NCBI GenBank assembly: GCA_050273025.1 | Contig: CP158635.1 | Location: forward strand, 11,532,001-11,596,000 | Direction: 5' to 3' | Length of the DNA stretch: 64,000 nt | DNA from: Cenococcum geophilum | Taxonomy: Eukaryota | Part shown: positions 12,701-26,375 of the stretch, piece after piece | Position numbering within the stretch: position 1 is the stretch's first letter | Layout of the letters: each line of letters starts with the position of its first letter | Translations under genes and position numbers: made by a program | Notes under the pieces: model-generated | Seen by the model: the letters and a program-made list of their open reading frames with translations, nothing else | Told to the model about the DNA's origin: nothing | Database searches by the model: none

Positions 12701-15700
12701 TTTATATAAAGTACGCCCCTAGTGCATAGTCTAATGCATCTGTTTCTATAACTGTCTCTAGTCCTAGTTAATAGATCTTAAGAACTGGCTCCTAGGTAAA
12801 TAACTCCTTAACCTTCTTAAAGAGTTCCCTTTGTTCCTTTCCCTATGCCTATAGTTCTTCTTTTTTTGTTAATTACGTAAGTGGTTTAATATCCTTTAAC
12901 TACTACGCTATAAACCTTCTGCAGTAATTATAAAACCCTAGGAACGATTTTAACTGCGTAATGTTCTCTAGTTTTTACCAATTTACTATAGCCTTAATCT
13001 TCTTTAGATCTATGCTAAGTTGGCCTAGTTTAATAATAAATCTAATAAAATTGGTCTTCCTAGTAAAGAACTCGTATTTCTTAATTGCTACTAGCATTTA
13101 TTCTTCTTATAGTCTCTTTAAGACCTATTTAACGTGTTCCCCGTATTCTTCCTTAGTTATTAAGTAGATAATGATATTGTTAAGATATGCTATAATAAAT
13201 TCATTTAAGTGTTCTTTTAATATATTATTAATATACTTCTAGAACGTTGCTAGTGCGTTTATAAGCCCGAATTGTATAACTAATAGTTTATATAGTCCTT
13301 CCTTTAACCTAAAGGCTGCCTTTTATTTATTGCCTTCCTTAATCCTAATCTGATGGTACGCCTATCTTAGATCTATCTTCGTAAAGATTTACGCGTTGCC
13401 TATTCTATCTTAAATTTCGCTAATTAAGGGTAAAGGATACCTATCCTTCCTAGTAATGCTGTTTAACTATCTATAGTTAATATACAGCCTTAGTTTGCTA
13501 TTTTTCTTTAATACAAACAGTACTGGATAACCCGCTAATAACTGCGATGGTCTAATATATCCCTTTTATAAGTTTTCCTGGATAAACTCTTTTAATACTC
13601 TACCTTCTTCTTTAGTAAGCTTATAGATTGGAAAGAACTTTAGACTTACTCCTAGTTTTAATTCTATTTTATAGTCCTATGCTATATACTCTAATAGCTT
13701 TTTACTTTTTAGTGACTATAGTTTCTTACTATACTTATAGTATCTCTTTAGTATATAACCTAAGCCTCACTCGGTCTCTTTATATATCGCTCTAACTTAG
13801 TACTATACTAACTTAGCTTGTTATTATATCTTGCGGCGTTAAGTATCTTTAATATTGACCTAACCTGTAATCTAATCGATCTTTGGATTATATTCCTGTA
13901 ACTAAGGCATTCCTAATACTGCCTTATCCTGTCCTAATGGTAGGATATTAAAAGATATCTTAACTTATCTTCCTTTAATAGTTAACTAAATAGGTCCTAT
14001 TTTAAGATTAATAATCCCTCCTCTATAGGCTATTGGATCTCCTAAAATTGTTACTAATAGGTAAGGTTTCTCCTTTTATCTGTGAGGTAATCCTATTCTC
14101 TTAACTACTGCTAGCGAGATATGGTTCCTTATTACTCCACTATCTATTAATACCTCAAACTATTAATCTTGCCACTTAATTTGTAAATTTAGGTGTTATC
14201 CTTAAATTCCTTTAAGGGTCTGAGGCTCTATTACTGGCTCCCTCTAGTTCTATAGGCCTTTACTTTTCCTAACTATTAGCTACTTAATTCTTATATACTT
14301 GGCTCACTCTTTAGCTAATGCCTAGTTTGCTTTTTATCTTTAATATACTATAGATACGTGTTCTCTAGGTATTTCTACTACTGTTATCTATCTAAGCATT
14401 CTTCTATAAGGAATCTTCCTGGTTAAAGTGTTAAATTTCCTTCTTTCTGGACTTCTGCTGGATGCCATCTATATATATATTTAGCATTCCTGTACTATTA
14501 CTTATCTATTATCTAGTATATCCTTATAGGGTATTTCCAATTCTTTTTTTTGGATTCTTGTGTATCTTATATATATCGTCTACGTACGCAATCTATAATA
14601 ACGTATAGTATGCTAGGTGCTTTAGGTTAACTCTCGGCTTATCTTTATCCCTAAGTTTAAACCTCTATTATGCTGATCTAAACGTTACAACTTTATTTAC
14701 AGGTACTAAGATACGTCTCTCACTTCTCTAGTCCTCTAATTATTCTTCTAGATCCTTTAATATTATAATTAAGGCTCCTTTAATGTGAGTTATAGCCTTT
14801 TCTGTAATTGGGTGGTCCTAGATAACTTTTTTATCTAACTATATATAGAAATCTTTCTATTTATTATTGTACCTCTGCCTATACTACTTTTAGTATAGCT
14901 GCTGGAGTGTATACGGCTTATCTGTAAGGAAGTATCTTCTTATTGCTATATTGTGACAGCCCTTTATATATCGTTCTTTAAACCTAGTAGGAATTCCTAA
15001 ATCCTCTTTGTTTTCTAGTTTGGTAAGCCACTTAGCTCTTAGTATGCCTACCCTAGGCCTATTAGTAATTCTTTATACTAGCGCTCTGTCCTTTATATGT
15101 CCTAATATGCTAGATCTCTTATCTAGTTTCTGTTCTTGCTATGCGATAATTCTTTACCTAAATTCTTCTATAGTTTTTTTTAGTTTTTGTCTTGCTAACA
15201 AATCCTTAAAGTCTTCTTACTTCTTAATCTTGGTATTAATTCTTTAATCTTTAGTCCAAACACTATATTCTACTAGTAAGTCCTCTAGGTCTATATATCT
15301 ATCTCCTAATTTAGTTGCTATTTGTATTACAAATTCTCTAATCTATAAAGAAGCTCCTTACCTCTTACCTATGGGTGTCCTAATTTGTACCCCAAATTCT
15401 TAGTCCCTTGGATTCTTTAATCCTGAGCTTACTTTTAACTTAAGCTTAGCTCTAGCCTTAGTCTATCTAGGCTTGCTTAGTGTTCTTATCTCGTCTTAAG
15501 AGTCTTAAATCTCACTTATCTTGTCTTAAGAATCTTATGCCTGTAGGAAACTTCGTCCTAAGCTTATTTGTATATCTTTAAACTAAGCTGCTACTCTACT
15601 CTATCGGTTTTCGTCCATTGTGGGTCCTTAAGCTTACCTTATCTTATTTTAAGAATCTTAGTTATCTCTTATCTCTTCTTAAAAATCTTAAGCCTTTGGC

Positions 15701-17694
15701 CTTTTGCCTTTATTAAGTGCCAAAGTGGTTCGCTGTTCTACTTCTCTTATATCTTATAAAGCGATAGATATTATATCTAGTGGGGTTTTAATCCCTACTA
15801 ATGTTCCCTATTCTGTAGTGGAATTATCCTCTACCTCTAATGTAACATTTTTAATAGCTGCGTGTTCCTAGTAAACCGCTTTTATTGCCTTATTATTACA
15901 AAATATTTCGCCTACGTTAAATTTATTGTCCTTAATGTCCAATCTACGAACTAGTTTATTGGTTCCTCTATCTTCTATAGGTGCTAGCTTCTATAGCTAG
16001 TAGCTTACGCCGTACTTAGCGTCCTTATAAATTTGGTATGCGTTATTATAACAAAACGTAAAACTTTTAATTAAACACTCTTTTGTTCCTTGCAGTATAT
16101 TATTGTCCCTCTATATATATATATCGTCTGCCATTAGTCTTATTCCCTTTATTATATAGTACTTCTAACTATCTTTATAATCCCTTATAAAGTGACCTTA
16201 TTTTCCGTAATTTATATAAGCTCCCTCTCTAAACTATTGCTTTTGCTATAAAGTCTACCTAAACGTCTTCTGCTGCTGAGATCCTTAGTTTAGCCTCTGC
16301 TCCTTAGACCTTTAATTACTTAATCTTTATCTCCTAGGTTTTTACAGTTTCTTACTCTATCTCTTATAGGCTTTTTTGGTACTACTTAGGTCTATTAGCT
16401 TTGCGTTATACTATAGTTTCTAACTTGGCTTAGGTCATTACGTACTTTACGCCTTATATAACTGTAGAACTCTATTCTAACCTTTCTTGGCCTGTTCCCT
16501 TTGGTAGATCTAATTATTAATCTTAATCGCTTAATCTATTAGTTCTTTTAGGGTGTCTGTATCTTCTATTAGGATAATTGCGTTTTAGACTTTAGCCTTA
16601 AGTCCCTATTTATACTGTGCCATAAGCGCCCTATTATTCCACTTAACTTATATTGCTAACATTTGGAACTATATTGTATACTTAATTACTAAGGTTCGTT
16701 GCGTAATGTCTTAGAATTTTCTTTTCGCCGTAGTTACTGCCTCTAGGTCTCCGAATATTTATATAAGTTGTTCTACGAATCTATTCTAGCTTAAGAACAT
16801 AAACCGTACCTCTTGGTTTATTGTTGTTATTCCGTTTACCTAGATTTCCGTAAGGTAAGGCTTGAACTATTTAAGTGCTCTTCCTATTAAGAACAATCCT
16901 GCGTAAGCTATTTAATCTATAGGTGTTGCTAGCTTAGCTCCCTCTTATGTGACCTTAAAGTGTATTTGCGTAAGGAATCCTTTAAGCTTTGATCTCTCTC
17001 CTAAGTATCTTTTAATTAATAGTAACTTAACCTTTGCTACGCCTATCCCGTTGATCCTATTTTCCAACGTTATATTATTTTCTATTAACTGGTCGACTAT
17101 CTCTTGTAGCTGTCCGACCGTTATAGGTTGCTATAAGTTAGTGTCTGCTATACTAGTGTCGTTACCTAACCTTAATGTAGTTGCCGCCGTTAATAGCGTT
17201 GTGGTGGCTGCTTTTGGTGGCATGTTATTTAACTTCTTATATTAATACCGTAACTAGGTAGTAATTGTATAACGGAACCTTATAGTAGGAACTACGGTGG
17301 GTCCTATTATTGGGCTAGGTGTGTAGGAAATGCAAGTATAAAAGTTAACAACGTAATAATAACTGGTGGAGTGGTTGCCTAATAGATTAACTCTAATTAT
17401 ATTCTGAGAATTATTATAAGGAAGGAACTATCTAGGTAGGGACTAAGGGTCCTTAAATACACAACCGTACTCCTATAAAATCCTTCTTGTACGTAAGGTA
17501 TATATGCTCTATTTGCTCTGTTACGGATTATATAGATTATACAGATTATACAGATTACGTCATGTGACCTCGGTTACTATTCCTTGTTATATGGCTCTAT
17601 CGGCTCTATTTTGGACTGTGCTTATATTAACTAACTAGCTTCTTCCGTCTCTTCTCTAAGTAGTCGTAATATCGTACTTAAAGCGTCCGTAATA
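9714..17694 (-). mobile_element. Gypsy chromovirus element C, full length, RIPed (same family as E and G)
   Basis: 427-bp LTRs at 9714-10140 and 17268-17694. TSD ATATA/ATACA. PPT AAAGAGGAGGGAGATAG on minus next to 10140. gag start MPPKAATT ~17223, CCHC knuckle ~16190-16225, protease IDSG ~14140, RT YLDD ~13180, integrase HPQTDG ~11630. Confidence 0.95.
10249..10950 (+). pseudogene. RIPed antisense accessory gene of element C: Zn2Cys6-like domain, intron, coiled-coil (end approximate)
   Basis: (M)PKAISSS... with C-x2-C-x6-C-x13-C-x2-C-x8-C at 10339-10449 (5 of 6 Cys codons intact). Intron 10478-10532 ((G)TATGT..CTAAT..TAG). De-RIPed RLEKVREKVRSKEQKLVERGLQEL-like segment follows. Homolog in element E. 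Confidence 0.75.
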
Positions 17695-20112
17695 ATACAC
17701 CTATAAGCCGCTAAGGTCCAAATCTAATTCTTTTACTAGTAATTAAGAAATAAACCCTATACTTACGCCACTATCTATAAGGCAGTCTTGCGTTACCTAT
17801 TTATTATTAACTTAAATAGAGACAGGAATAACTATACGGCAGTTTACTCCCTCCTTCTCTTACTAGCCTAGTGTAAGGGAGTAAAGATCTACTAGGCTGT
17901 CTCTTTTCCTAATTAGGCCAACTCTTACTTCTTTTACTAGTAGAAGCGGCTTATATAGCCCTTTTTACTATAGTTATAATAGGTACATGTCTCCCGGTTC
18001 CCCTCCTATAAATTAGGTCTCTACCTATTATTATTTTAAGGTTAACTAGCATTACTTTAGGGCTGTAAGGCCTACTTACGTTATCCTTTTATAGAGCAGT
18101 TAGGTTAGAATCTGCCCCTATTATTAAAGCTAGGTCTAGTCCTACGCTCTTTATTATTAGCGTCTCGTTTCTTTTACTTACCTAAATAGTCTCTTTTAGC
18201 ATTCTTAATCCAAGTACCTTTAGAGATAAGCTTTTCTTAAAAGGTAGGAATTTCGCCCTTCTCTTATATGGCCTATTAAATCTTAGGTTATAGCTTAGCG
18301 AGTAGCTAGTAAAGTTATATAGCGTTATCCTATAGATTTAAGTAGGGTATATTATCTTCTAGTTCTTCTAAATAGTTTATAAACTAGACTACAGTCTAAC
18401 TATCCTACTATTTAGCGTCGTAGTATCGCTAGTTATAGTCCATCCCTTAATTAGTAGGGTCTTAGACCTAATTAACTAACTAGGTCCTAAGTTTGCTAAA
18501 TTTAAGGGGTATAGTAAGTTTCTTCTTATAGCGTATCTATAAACTCTTAACGGTGCTATATAGGAAGGTAGAAGCAATTAATGTCTAATTATACTTATTA
18601 GAGTAATATTTTAAATCTAGCTAAAACTTAGTTTTATATTAACGGATAAAACGATTATAGTTCCGGAGATTATCACCATTATACTTATTAGGCTCCTTTA
18701 TACGGAATTTAGGTTTTTCTAATATTACAGCGTAGTGTAGCGTTGCCCCTTTAAGTCCGCTTCGTATCTAGGGTATTTATACTTCTCCTAACTATCCTTA
18801 TAATTATTCTTAGTAGTCCTAATATACTTATCTTAATTATATCTCTAACTCTTTTATTTTTTATAGGGTCTCGTATAGCAACCTCTCTAATAATTCCCTA
18901 GTGGTAATTATTTTTAAGGGTCTTATAAAGTTAGATAGACTAGCCGTGGCTTCCTAGTCTACTCTTTTATAAGTAGAGGGAATGCGCTCCTTTAAGGAGA
19001 CTCTCTAAGCCTCCTATAGTAAGGGCGTTGCTTTATAGGGTATAGAAGTATAGTCCATTATTATTAATTAATAGCTATACATTCCTAACAGATTATAAAC
19101 AATTAGAATTATAAGAGGCTAGCCTAACTAAAACGTATAATTATCTAATTAATAGTATCACTAGTAAGTAAAAGGTAAGTTAAAGGTATATTAAAGGTAA
19201 GTAGAAGGTAGAATAAGTTTTTATATATTAAAGGACAATTGCTTTTAACCACTTCTATTTAGAGACTAATCGCTAGTTCTTCTCTAGAGGGAAACTAGCT
19301 TCCTATATATTTCTTCTAAGACGCTAATAAAACCTTTCGCCCCTAACCTATCTAACTATGTTTTCTAGAATATAGATAGGATATAGATAAAACCTCCTAC
19401 CGTCTTATTAGATATATACCTCTCAGGGAATTCCGTTATATTTACCCTATTTTCTTACTAAATAAGTTATAGAAAGCTATAAACAACCTATTACCTAGAT
19501 AAAAGAACGAGCCTCCCCTACTAGTTTAAGTAAACGGTAATAACAAATAGGAGGTTAATAAAATATTAGCCTATAAGATAGTATAGGGAACACTAAAATA
19601 CTATATTTAATAGAAGGGCTACAATTCTAACCTAACCTAATACCCTATATAGAACTTTATAGGCTACCTCTAGAAGCTTAAAGAATTCTATAATTAATAC
19701 CCTAATACGCTTAGACCCCTAAAGTACCTAGATAAATAAATAGAATACTAGTATAATAAAGATAATAAGTTACTGGAAGAATATAGGGATAAAAACGCCC
19801 TAAAGCCCTAACACAGCTGTCTGCTAAATTCTGCCGTTTTCTGCCAGTACTGTAAAATTTTAGATATCTAGGAACTTTAACCGCTAGTTAAAGTTGTCTA
19901 ATTAATTAAATCCGTGCTAAGACTTTTAGCGGCTACTCTTTCTAGCCTAGTGCTTCCACTTAGCCTATAATTGCCCTTTATACTTAGTCTGGACGTACTT
20001 ATATCCCCTTTATCTCCTTATCTTATATTTTATAATCCTATATTTATAAGCCTAATGCTACCCTATTTTTAACTAAGCCTAAGGGCAGGCTTTCTTTTAA
20101 AGAGGGGGGTGA

Positions 20113-20322
20113 TGTAACGGCGCTATCGTACGTTACCTGCCAAATTCTACTATATTCTGCTAACCTGCGATTGGCCCGCCCAAAGCTAGCGCCTTAGCGG
20201 CTTACCCTATATATTTGTTTATATCGGTCCTAGCAACCCCTTTTCCTTCTCTTTAGCTTAGTATCTTCGTAATACAGCATTTTACAAGCTTCGGTTCAGA
20301 GGCATTTATATAAGCCGTAATA
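20113..20322 (+). repeat. 3' LTR of element A
   Basis: Starts TGTAACGG just after the PPT and ends CCGTAATA (RIPed ...ACA terminus). Partner LTR is not in the window. Confidence 0.75.
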
Positions 20323-22490
20323 CTATATATCTTTCTTAAAGGTCTAATCCCTATATATAGCATCGGCCTAGTAAATAGTATTAATCTAGGGCTATATAAG
20401 GTTTTCTATTATAATACTAATTTCTTTTATAAAGGAAGGGGTTAGGGGTAAGGTTTTAGGCTAAATAAGCCGTCTACTCTATATATTAAGCTATAAGCCT
20501 AAATAGGCTAGCTATTTTCACTTTAAGATTATATTATAGCTACCTAGGTCCGTAATAAGGAAGGGGATATTATATTACCTTCGTCTATTAACACGGAGGT
20601 AAATCTACAAGATTGTTATAATAGGTGGCCCTATCCGCCTATTATACCTATAGATAGAAATTAGTTTAGGCAGTTCTTTAATAGGTATATTTAGAAAGTT
20701 AGCTAGCTTTACGGTATACTAGGTATCTATTAAGGTAAAGGTATTTACTCTAAAGTTAGCTAAAGTAGAGGTTAAAACTTAGTATTTATTACGGAATAAA
20801 GTATAAGGGATAGTATAGCTTTTTCTACTAACTAGCCAACCTAGATTAATATCTGATATATTAATCCCTTTTAACCCTAAAGAGGAGTCTTCCTTTAGGG
20901 TTCCTCTTTTTCTAACTCCGCGCTATCCTTCTAGATTAATAAAACCTTATCCGCTTTTATACCTATTAGGCAATCCTTTATATAGTAACCTTTTTAACTA
21001 TAAAAGAAGTAAGCTTTTTAATTACTAAGGGCTTATATACAGGGGTTACTATATATAGGCCAAGCATTTACCAGACCTATAGTAGGACTAGCCGTATAGC
21101 TAGCTACTAAATTGGCGGCGGGCTATACAGGCAGTGCTATAGGGGTTACTAATTATACTAGGGTATTGCGGGCCGTTCTTATATTACTTATAATCTGATT
21201 TAAAGGGGTTTTAGCTTTATACCATTCGGCACATACCTTAATTTGGTAGAGGCCTTAGTTAATAGCTAAGTACTAGTCCATAAGTTCCTTTAGTGTCTAT
21301 ATAGTAGTAAAAACTAGTAGTATGGCTCGCTATAGGTCTAGGGTAAGCTTATTAAATAGGTCTAGCATTAGATCTTTCTAGGGAATTTAAGCCTAGCTAA
21401 CTAGGTGTAGAAAGCGGGTCTAAAAGGCTAAAAAGGTCTTTATCGTTTTTATATTTAGGCTTTTATAATTAAGTCGGGCCTTTTATACTTTAAAGGGGTC
21501 CTTATAAATAGAAGACAGGTAAACAATTATCTCTTCTTTAGAGAAGAAGGGATTTACTAAGTCCTATACGTACTAAGGACGTAGGTGCATCTATATATCC
21601 CTACCAGTACAGCTAAAGACGTAGGCCATTTTAGCCTAAGTGGTAGGAAAGTGGTCCGCATTAACTTTAAGCTTATTCTATAATTAAAGCTTTTAATTAT
21701 TAAATATAGGGTCGGTTCCATCTATAAGCAATAAGGGATCCGTAACCTTTACGGACTATAATAATGCTAATATTATATATTAGGCTAGAGCCTTAAGGAC
21801 TATAGTAAGTCTCTAGGTATCTAATAGCTCTTTACTAGGTATAAGGGGTTCTCTAGCTTTAAGCAGCTCTTAAAATTATTTAATTTTAGTATTAGCTGCT
21901 ATAAGCTCCACCTAGAAGTTTAAGTTAGTTACTATTTTACTATTAGAGGTATTTAAGGGTCCTATAGCTGCTTTGCCGGCCGCTATAGTTCTTAATATAG
22001 TAATATAGTTATTAGGGTAACTTCTAGTAGGATTCTATAGGGGTTTTAATCCGTACGTGTTATATAGGTCTTATTATTCTTTTCTATTTTTTTAGTTCTG
22101 TTTTATTCTTTAAGTTTTAGTAATAGTCTTTAGGTCTATTTCTGTGTTCTATTCTTATTTATAGTCCATAAATATTTTTTAAGTTCCTTCTTAGGAAGAA
22201 GAGGTAGTTAAGCTTTAGATAATATTAGCGACTTAGTTAATTAAGGCACGAGCACAGTAAAAGTGTCGCGTAAGCCTATATAATTGGATTGTCTATAAAT
22301 AAGGATCTAAAGCTAAAGAAAGGAAAGGAGATGGAGGGTAGCGCCGCTTAACGTTATATACAATCCTCTAGTTACGTAATAGCAACTATTTAGAACTGTA
22401 TAAAACTGTCTACAACTATCTATAACTATCCGCTATAATCTACCAATATCTATTAGCTATAATCTACCGGTTTCTACTAGTGCCGTAATA
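20323..22490 (-). mobile_element. Gypsy element D, 5' part only (LTR, gag, protease); interrupted by element A
   Basis: LTR-like 22264-22490 (TGTCGCG...CCGTAATA). Minus-strand CCHC knuckle (C)FS(C)GQKG(H)..KDC ~20965-21015. Protease-like LIDT ~20725. Confidence 0.75.
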
Positions 22491-24335
22491 CCTACCCTCT
22501 TAGTTTATAGAGCCTACCTAAGAATAGGCAAACTAGACCCTCCTGCCCTATTTATTATAAATTAAGCAGCTATAATACGGAAGGTAATAGCCGAAATAGT
22601 TAGGCTATAGGCTAAATAAACTGTTAATAACGCTTTACACTACTGTAACGGACCTAATATAACCTTAGTATATAACCTCCCACTTAATTCTAAAGTCCTT
22701 ATATAGCGTAAGAGCGGCAATTAGACTAGACCTTATTGTTTACTAGCTATAAAAGATAAAACGTACCGTGTATAACTCCCTAGCGGACTAACTAGCTTTA
22801 AAAGCACGTCTATAACCCTATTTTTGGTTTAAAAACACCTATAATATTAAACCAGATAAATTGGAAGCACCCTTACCTACCCTAAAAGTCCTCCGCAAAC
22901 CTACTAAACCTATTAAACCTACTATAAAGCGTGGCTAAGGACGCTCTTAAAAGCACCCTATAACTAAGAACCCCGTAATAAAAAATTACCTAACCTCTAT
23001 AGGCGCACCTATAAGATAACCCTTACCTATAAATATATTAGTTCTAGTATAGGAAACCCCTTTTATAGACTTATAACGTAAAGAGATTAACAAACTACTT
23101 AAAAAGGGCGTCTTTGCGATTATAATAAAGAGAGATATTCCGCAAGGCGTCTATATATTTAACTTACGCTTTATTAATAAGATTAAGCACCCTAATACTA
23201 ATAAAGCCTTTAAGAAATTAAGGCTTGTTATATAAGCTTATAACAACTAGGGAAAGAACTTAGTCCTTACGCAATTACCTATAATTTAACAAGTTAGTTA
23301 ATAAATTATACTTATACTTACGCCTAGACTATAGCAAACTAAACCCGTAGCCCTCTACTTACGGGATATTTTATAAGCCTATATACAGTCTAATACCTAC
23401 CTAGGTGGAGACATCTTTATACAACCACCCCTTAGGCTTAATTTACAACTAGGAATAATTCTATGGGTTATAAAACCCCTTTACAAAGTACCAGAAGCTA
23501 GAAACCACTAGTTTAAAACATATTACTAGCATTATATTAGTAAACTTAAAATGGAATAGTTAACCTATAACCCCTGCCTCCTATATACCCTATTAAACGG
23601 CCTTAGTATTATTAGACTCTAAATAGATAATACCCTCTTTTTAGTGGACCGGACTTTTATAGACGCTAAAGAGACTAAACTATAAGAGGTAAAGTTCTTA
23701 GTAAAGCCGTAAGAGTAGTTAACTAAGTAAACTCTAATTAAGTTTAATAGAGGCTTAATAATATAAAAGGGTAACCTAATCTAGCTAACTTAGAAACGCT
23801 AAGCTTAAAACCTAAGGCTTATTATAGTAAAGCCTATAGACCTTACTAGTTCCCGCAAAGAGACCTATAAAACCGTAAATATAAAGGACTAATATATTAT
23901 ATAGCGTATAAGAGGCACCTATATTACTATAGTCTATTAACCTAAATCTACCTATAATCTATTCTTTGCGGCCTAGGTAACAGATCCGTAAGAGGAAAAT
24001 ATTAAGCAGCTTAATAAACGCATTTAGTAGCAAATTAATAATGCAATAAGAGGACTTACTTTTATGCCACTAGACCTAAATTCCCTTAACTTGCTAGTAT
24101 TTACGGACGCCTCCTTTACTAATAATAGGGACCTATTATTATAAATCGGCTTTATAATTGTACTTATAGACTATAATTGGGATATAAATATAATCTACTA
24201 GTCTTTAATTAAGTGCAAATAAGTAACCCGTAGTATACTAGCTTCTAAGCTATATATACTAGCTTATAGCTTTAATATAGGAGCTGCAATTAAGTTAACA
24301 ATCTAGAAGATTCTATAATTAGAGCAATTACCCCT

Positions 24336-25714
24336 TGTCGGTATCACCCGGGGGGGTACTGCAATTGCAATATAAGGTAACAGGTTCTTTGATTCATTCG
24401 TGTCTGTCCTTCGCAGAGGATCGTAAGGATCGCGGTGCCTAAATAGGGGGGGGGCTGATGAGTCACCATAAGGATGACTAATCAGATACATGACCACGTA
24501 ACCTCTGTCCATATATTCCTGTCCATACATTCCGACACTGGCAGTTCTTTCTTTGTGCGTAAAACCACCAATATATAGACTCTGTCGATGTGGTAGTACG
24601 GTACCAGCGGCGGTAGTAATAGTGGTCAAGCATAGAGCTTGTCTATCAGTCGGTCGGTTAATCGTAGGCGTATAGGCACGATTATTCGGTCGGTAGATCG
24701 CAGGCGTATCAGCGCGATCAGTATCATAATAGCAGGCATAGCGGCGCTATCAGTTTGTCGATGGTATGTGGCAGTACGGTGCCAGCATAGGGTCGGTTCC
24801 GTAGGCAGATCGGCACAGAGTCTTATTAGTTTAAGTTCGTATGCATATCGGCACGAGGCTTGTCGGTAGGGTCGGGTCCACAGGCGTCTAGGGGCGCGCT
24901 GTTGACGTGATTTTTCAACGTGGTAGATCTGCAAGGAAGGTAGCAGACAGTATCGGGGTTATAGGATGCTGCTGACGCTGCTGGGTTATGGGGTGCTGCT
25001 AATGCTGCTGGTTGTTGATTTGCGTGGTGGACGCGAACCGAACGAAGCCTTGGTAGGAGTCGGTTCTTGAGTTCCCAGGGCCTTGGTAGGAAGGGTTCTC
25101 CTTAGCAAACGCGACGTGATCGACGGGCCTTAGTAGGAGCGATCGCGTGTTGTCTCTCGTTGGGTATTGGGTGCTGCTGACGCTGCTGGGTATTGGGTGC
25201 TGCTGACGCTGCTAGGTGTACTGGCACTCAGTGAAGAGGTCGTACTGGGTATTGGTATGCGTGATGGACGCGAACCAAACGAAGCCTTGGTAGGAGTCGG
25301 TTCTTTGAGTTCCCAGGGCCTTGGTAGGAAGGGTTCTCCTTGTCTGGGTGTTGATTTGCGTGATGGACGCGAACCGAACGAAGCCTTGGAGGAGTCGGTT
25401 CTTTAAGTTCCCAGGGCCTTGGTAGGAAGGGTTCTCCTTAGCAAACACAACGTGGTCGACGGGCCTTGGTAGGAGCGATCGCGTGGTGCCTCTCTTCGTA
25501 ATAACACCTGGCTGATCTGTGATATCAACTGATCAGTGTCGGTATCACCCGGGGGGGTACTGCAATTGCAATATAAGGTAACAGGTTCTTTGATTCATTC
25601 GTGTCTTTCTAATCGTACATGGACAGGTGGAATTTAAGGGGTTCCTAAGCTCGCTTAGCTTACGTGGTTGCCTTACGTAATTGCCCCTCTAAATTCTACT
25701 CGCTCGTATAGACA
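24336..25714 (-). mobile_element. Non-autonomous TRIM-like LTR element H, little or no RIP, chimeric LTRs
   Basis: TG...CA ends. TSD CCCCT at 24331-24335 and 25715-25719. Splits the Copia RNase H frame. Terminal repeats 24336-24537 and 25537-25714 share an identical first 70 bp. PPT-like AAAGAAAGAACTGCCAG on minus next to 24537. No gag/pol. Confidence 0.85.
24960..25485. repeat. Internal repeats of element H
   Basis: Three ~82-bp copies (GCGTG.TGGACGCGAACC...GGTTCTCCTT) at ~25022, ~25258 and ~25358, two of them with a shared ~46-bp extension; plus short GTGCTGCTGACGCTGCT repeats. Confidence 0.9.
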
Positions 25715-26375
25715 CCCCTAGTTCTATACACCGATTTAAAGTCCCTTTATAACTATATAGTTAAACTAGGTACGATATAAGAGAAGAGGCTTATAGTCGA
25801 CCTAATGTGCTTATATTAGGCCTATAAACAATATAAGATTATAAAGGTTAAATGGATTAGTAGCGGAGACAACCTAGTAGACGCTATAACTAAGGCAAAG
25901 CCGTACCAAGCTCTTAAAACCCTAGTTAATATAAATAAGCTTAATCTAAAGGTTATAGAATAGGTGGAATAAGACTAACAGAGCACTTGCAGTTTATTTA
26001 CGGCCCGTTAAAAGGCCGTATAGTTTATTTACAGTCTATTAGAAGGCCGTACGGTTCATTTTACGGGCCGTAAGTAGGACTTACGGCTAGCTTAAGGCAC
26101 CGTTTAGAAGGCAGCCTAAAAGGCACCTTAGGAGGGATTTCCTATATATTTCTTTTATATTTTATAGTTCTAATAAGGCAATTACGGAGGCTATATACAA
26201 GTGGGTCTATCTTTAAGTACTGCTAGTATATAATTATAGCACCTAGTATACTAAACGCGTGTCTACGCGTTTAGTGTACTAACTACTTACTTATAACTAA
26301 TTAGGGGGGAGGGCGCGTCAGTATATAAACTACATAGTCTACCTTAATAGAATTGACAGTTACCACTATCTAAAA

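Larger units (their letters stand above)
2784..19440 (-). mobile_element. Gypsy chromovirus element B, full length, RIPed, with long (~3 kb) 3' accessory region; split by element C
   Basis: LTRs 2784-3081 and 19110-19440 (second has ~33 extra bp). TSD TTTAC at 2779-2783 and 19441-19445. Minus-strand PPT next to 3081. Minus-strand protease LIDSGA ~17775, RT YLDD ~8765, integrase HPQTDG ~6810, chromodomain ~6100-6230. Confidence 0.92.
1..20322 (+). mobile_element. Gypsy/Ty3 chromovirus element A (RIP-degenerate; 5' part outside window; split by element B at 2784-19440)
   Basis: De-RIPed pol motifs on +: RT VYLD(D)IL 651-671, RNase H ETDAS ~1095, integrase PWQHISMDF ~1973, HPQTDGQTE ~2258. Reading resumes at 19441 with (V)HPVF..KLRKA..DPLPGQ..EWEV..IL..WKGY chromodomain. 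PPT AAAGAGGGGGG ~20099-20109 precedes the 3' LTR. Confidence 0.9.

Noticed and set aside
12961..17245. Short ORFs from the track within the AT-rich block (also 31636-31848 and 63129-63320)
   Set aside because: Antisense shadows of RIP-degenerate gag/pol.
24455..24486. CTGATGAGTCA...TGAC resembling a hammerhead ribozyme core in the LTR of H
   Set aside because: The stem is followed by TAAT, not GAAA; it is just an imperfect inverted repeat (CTGATGAGTCA/TGACTAATCAG).
24303..25448. ORFs inside element H
   Set aside because: Short, repeat-derived, no Gag or Pol motifs.
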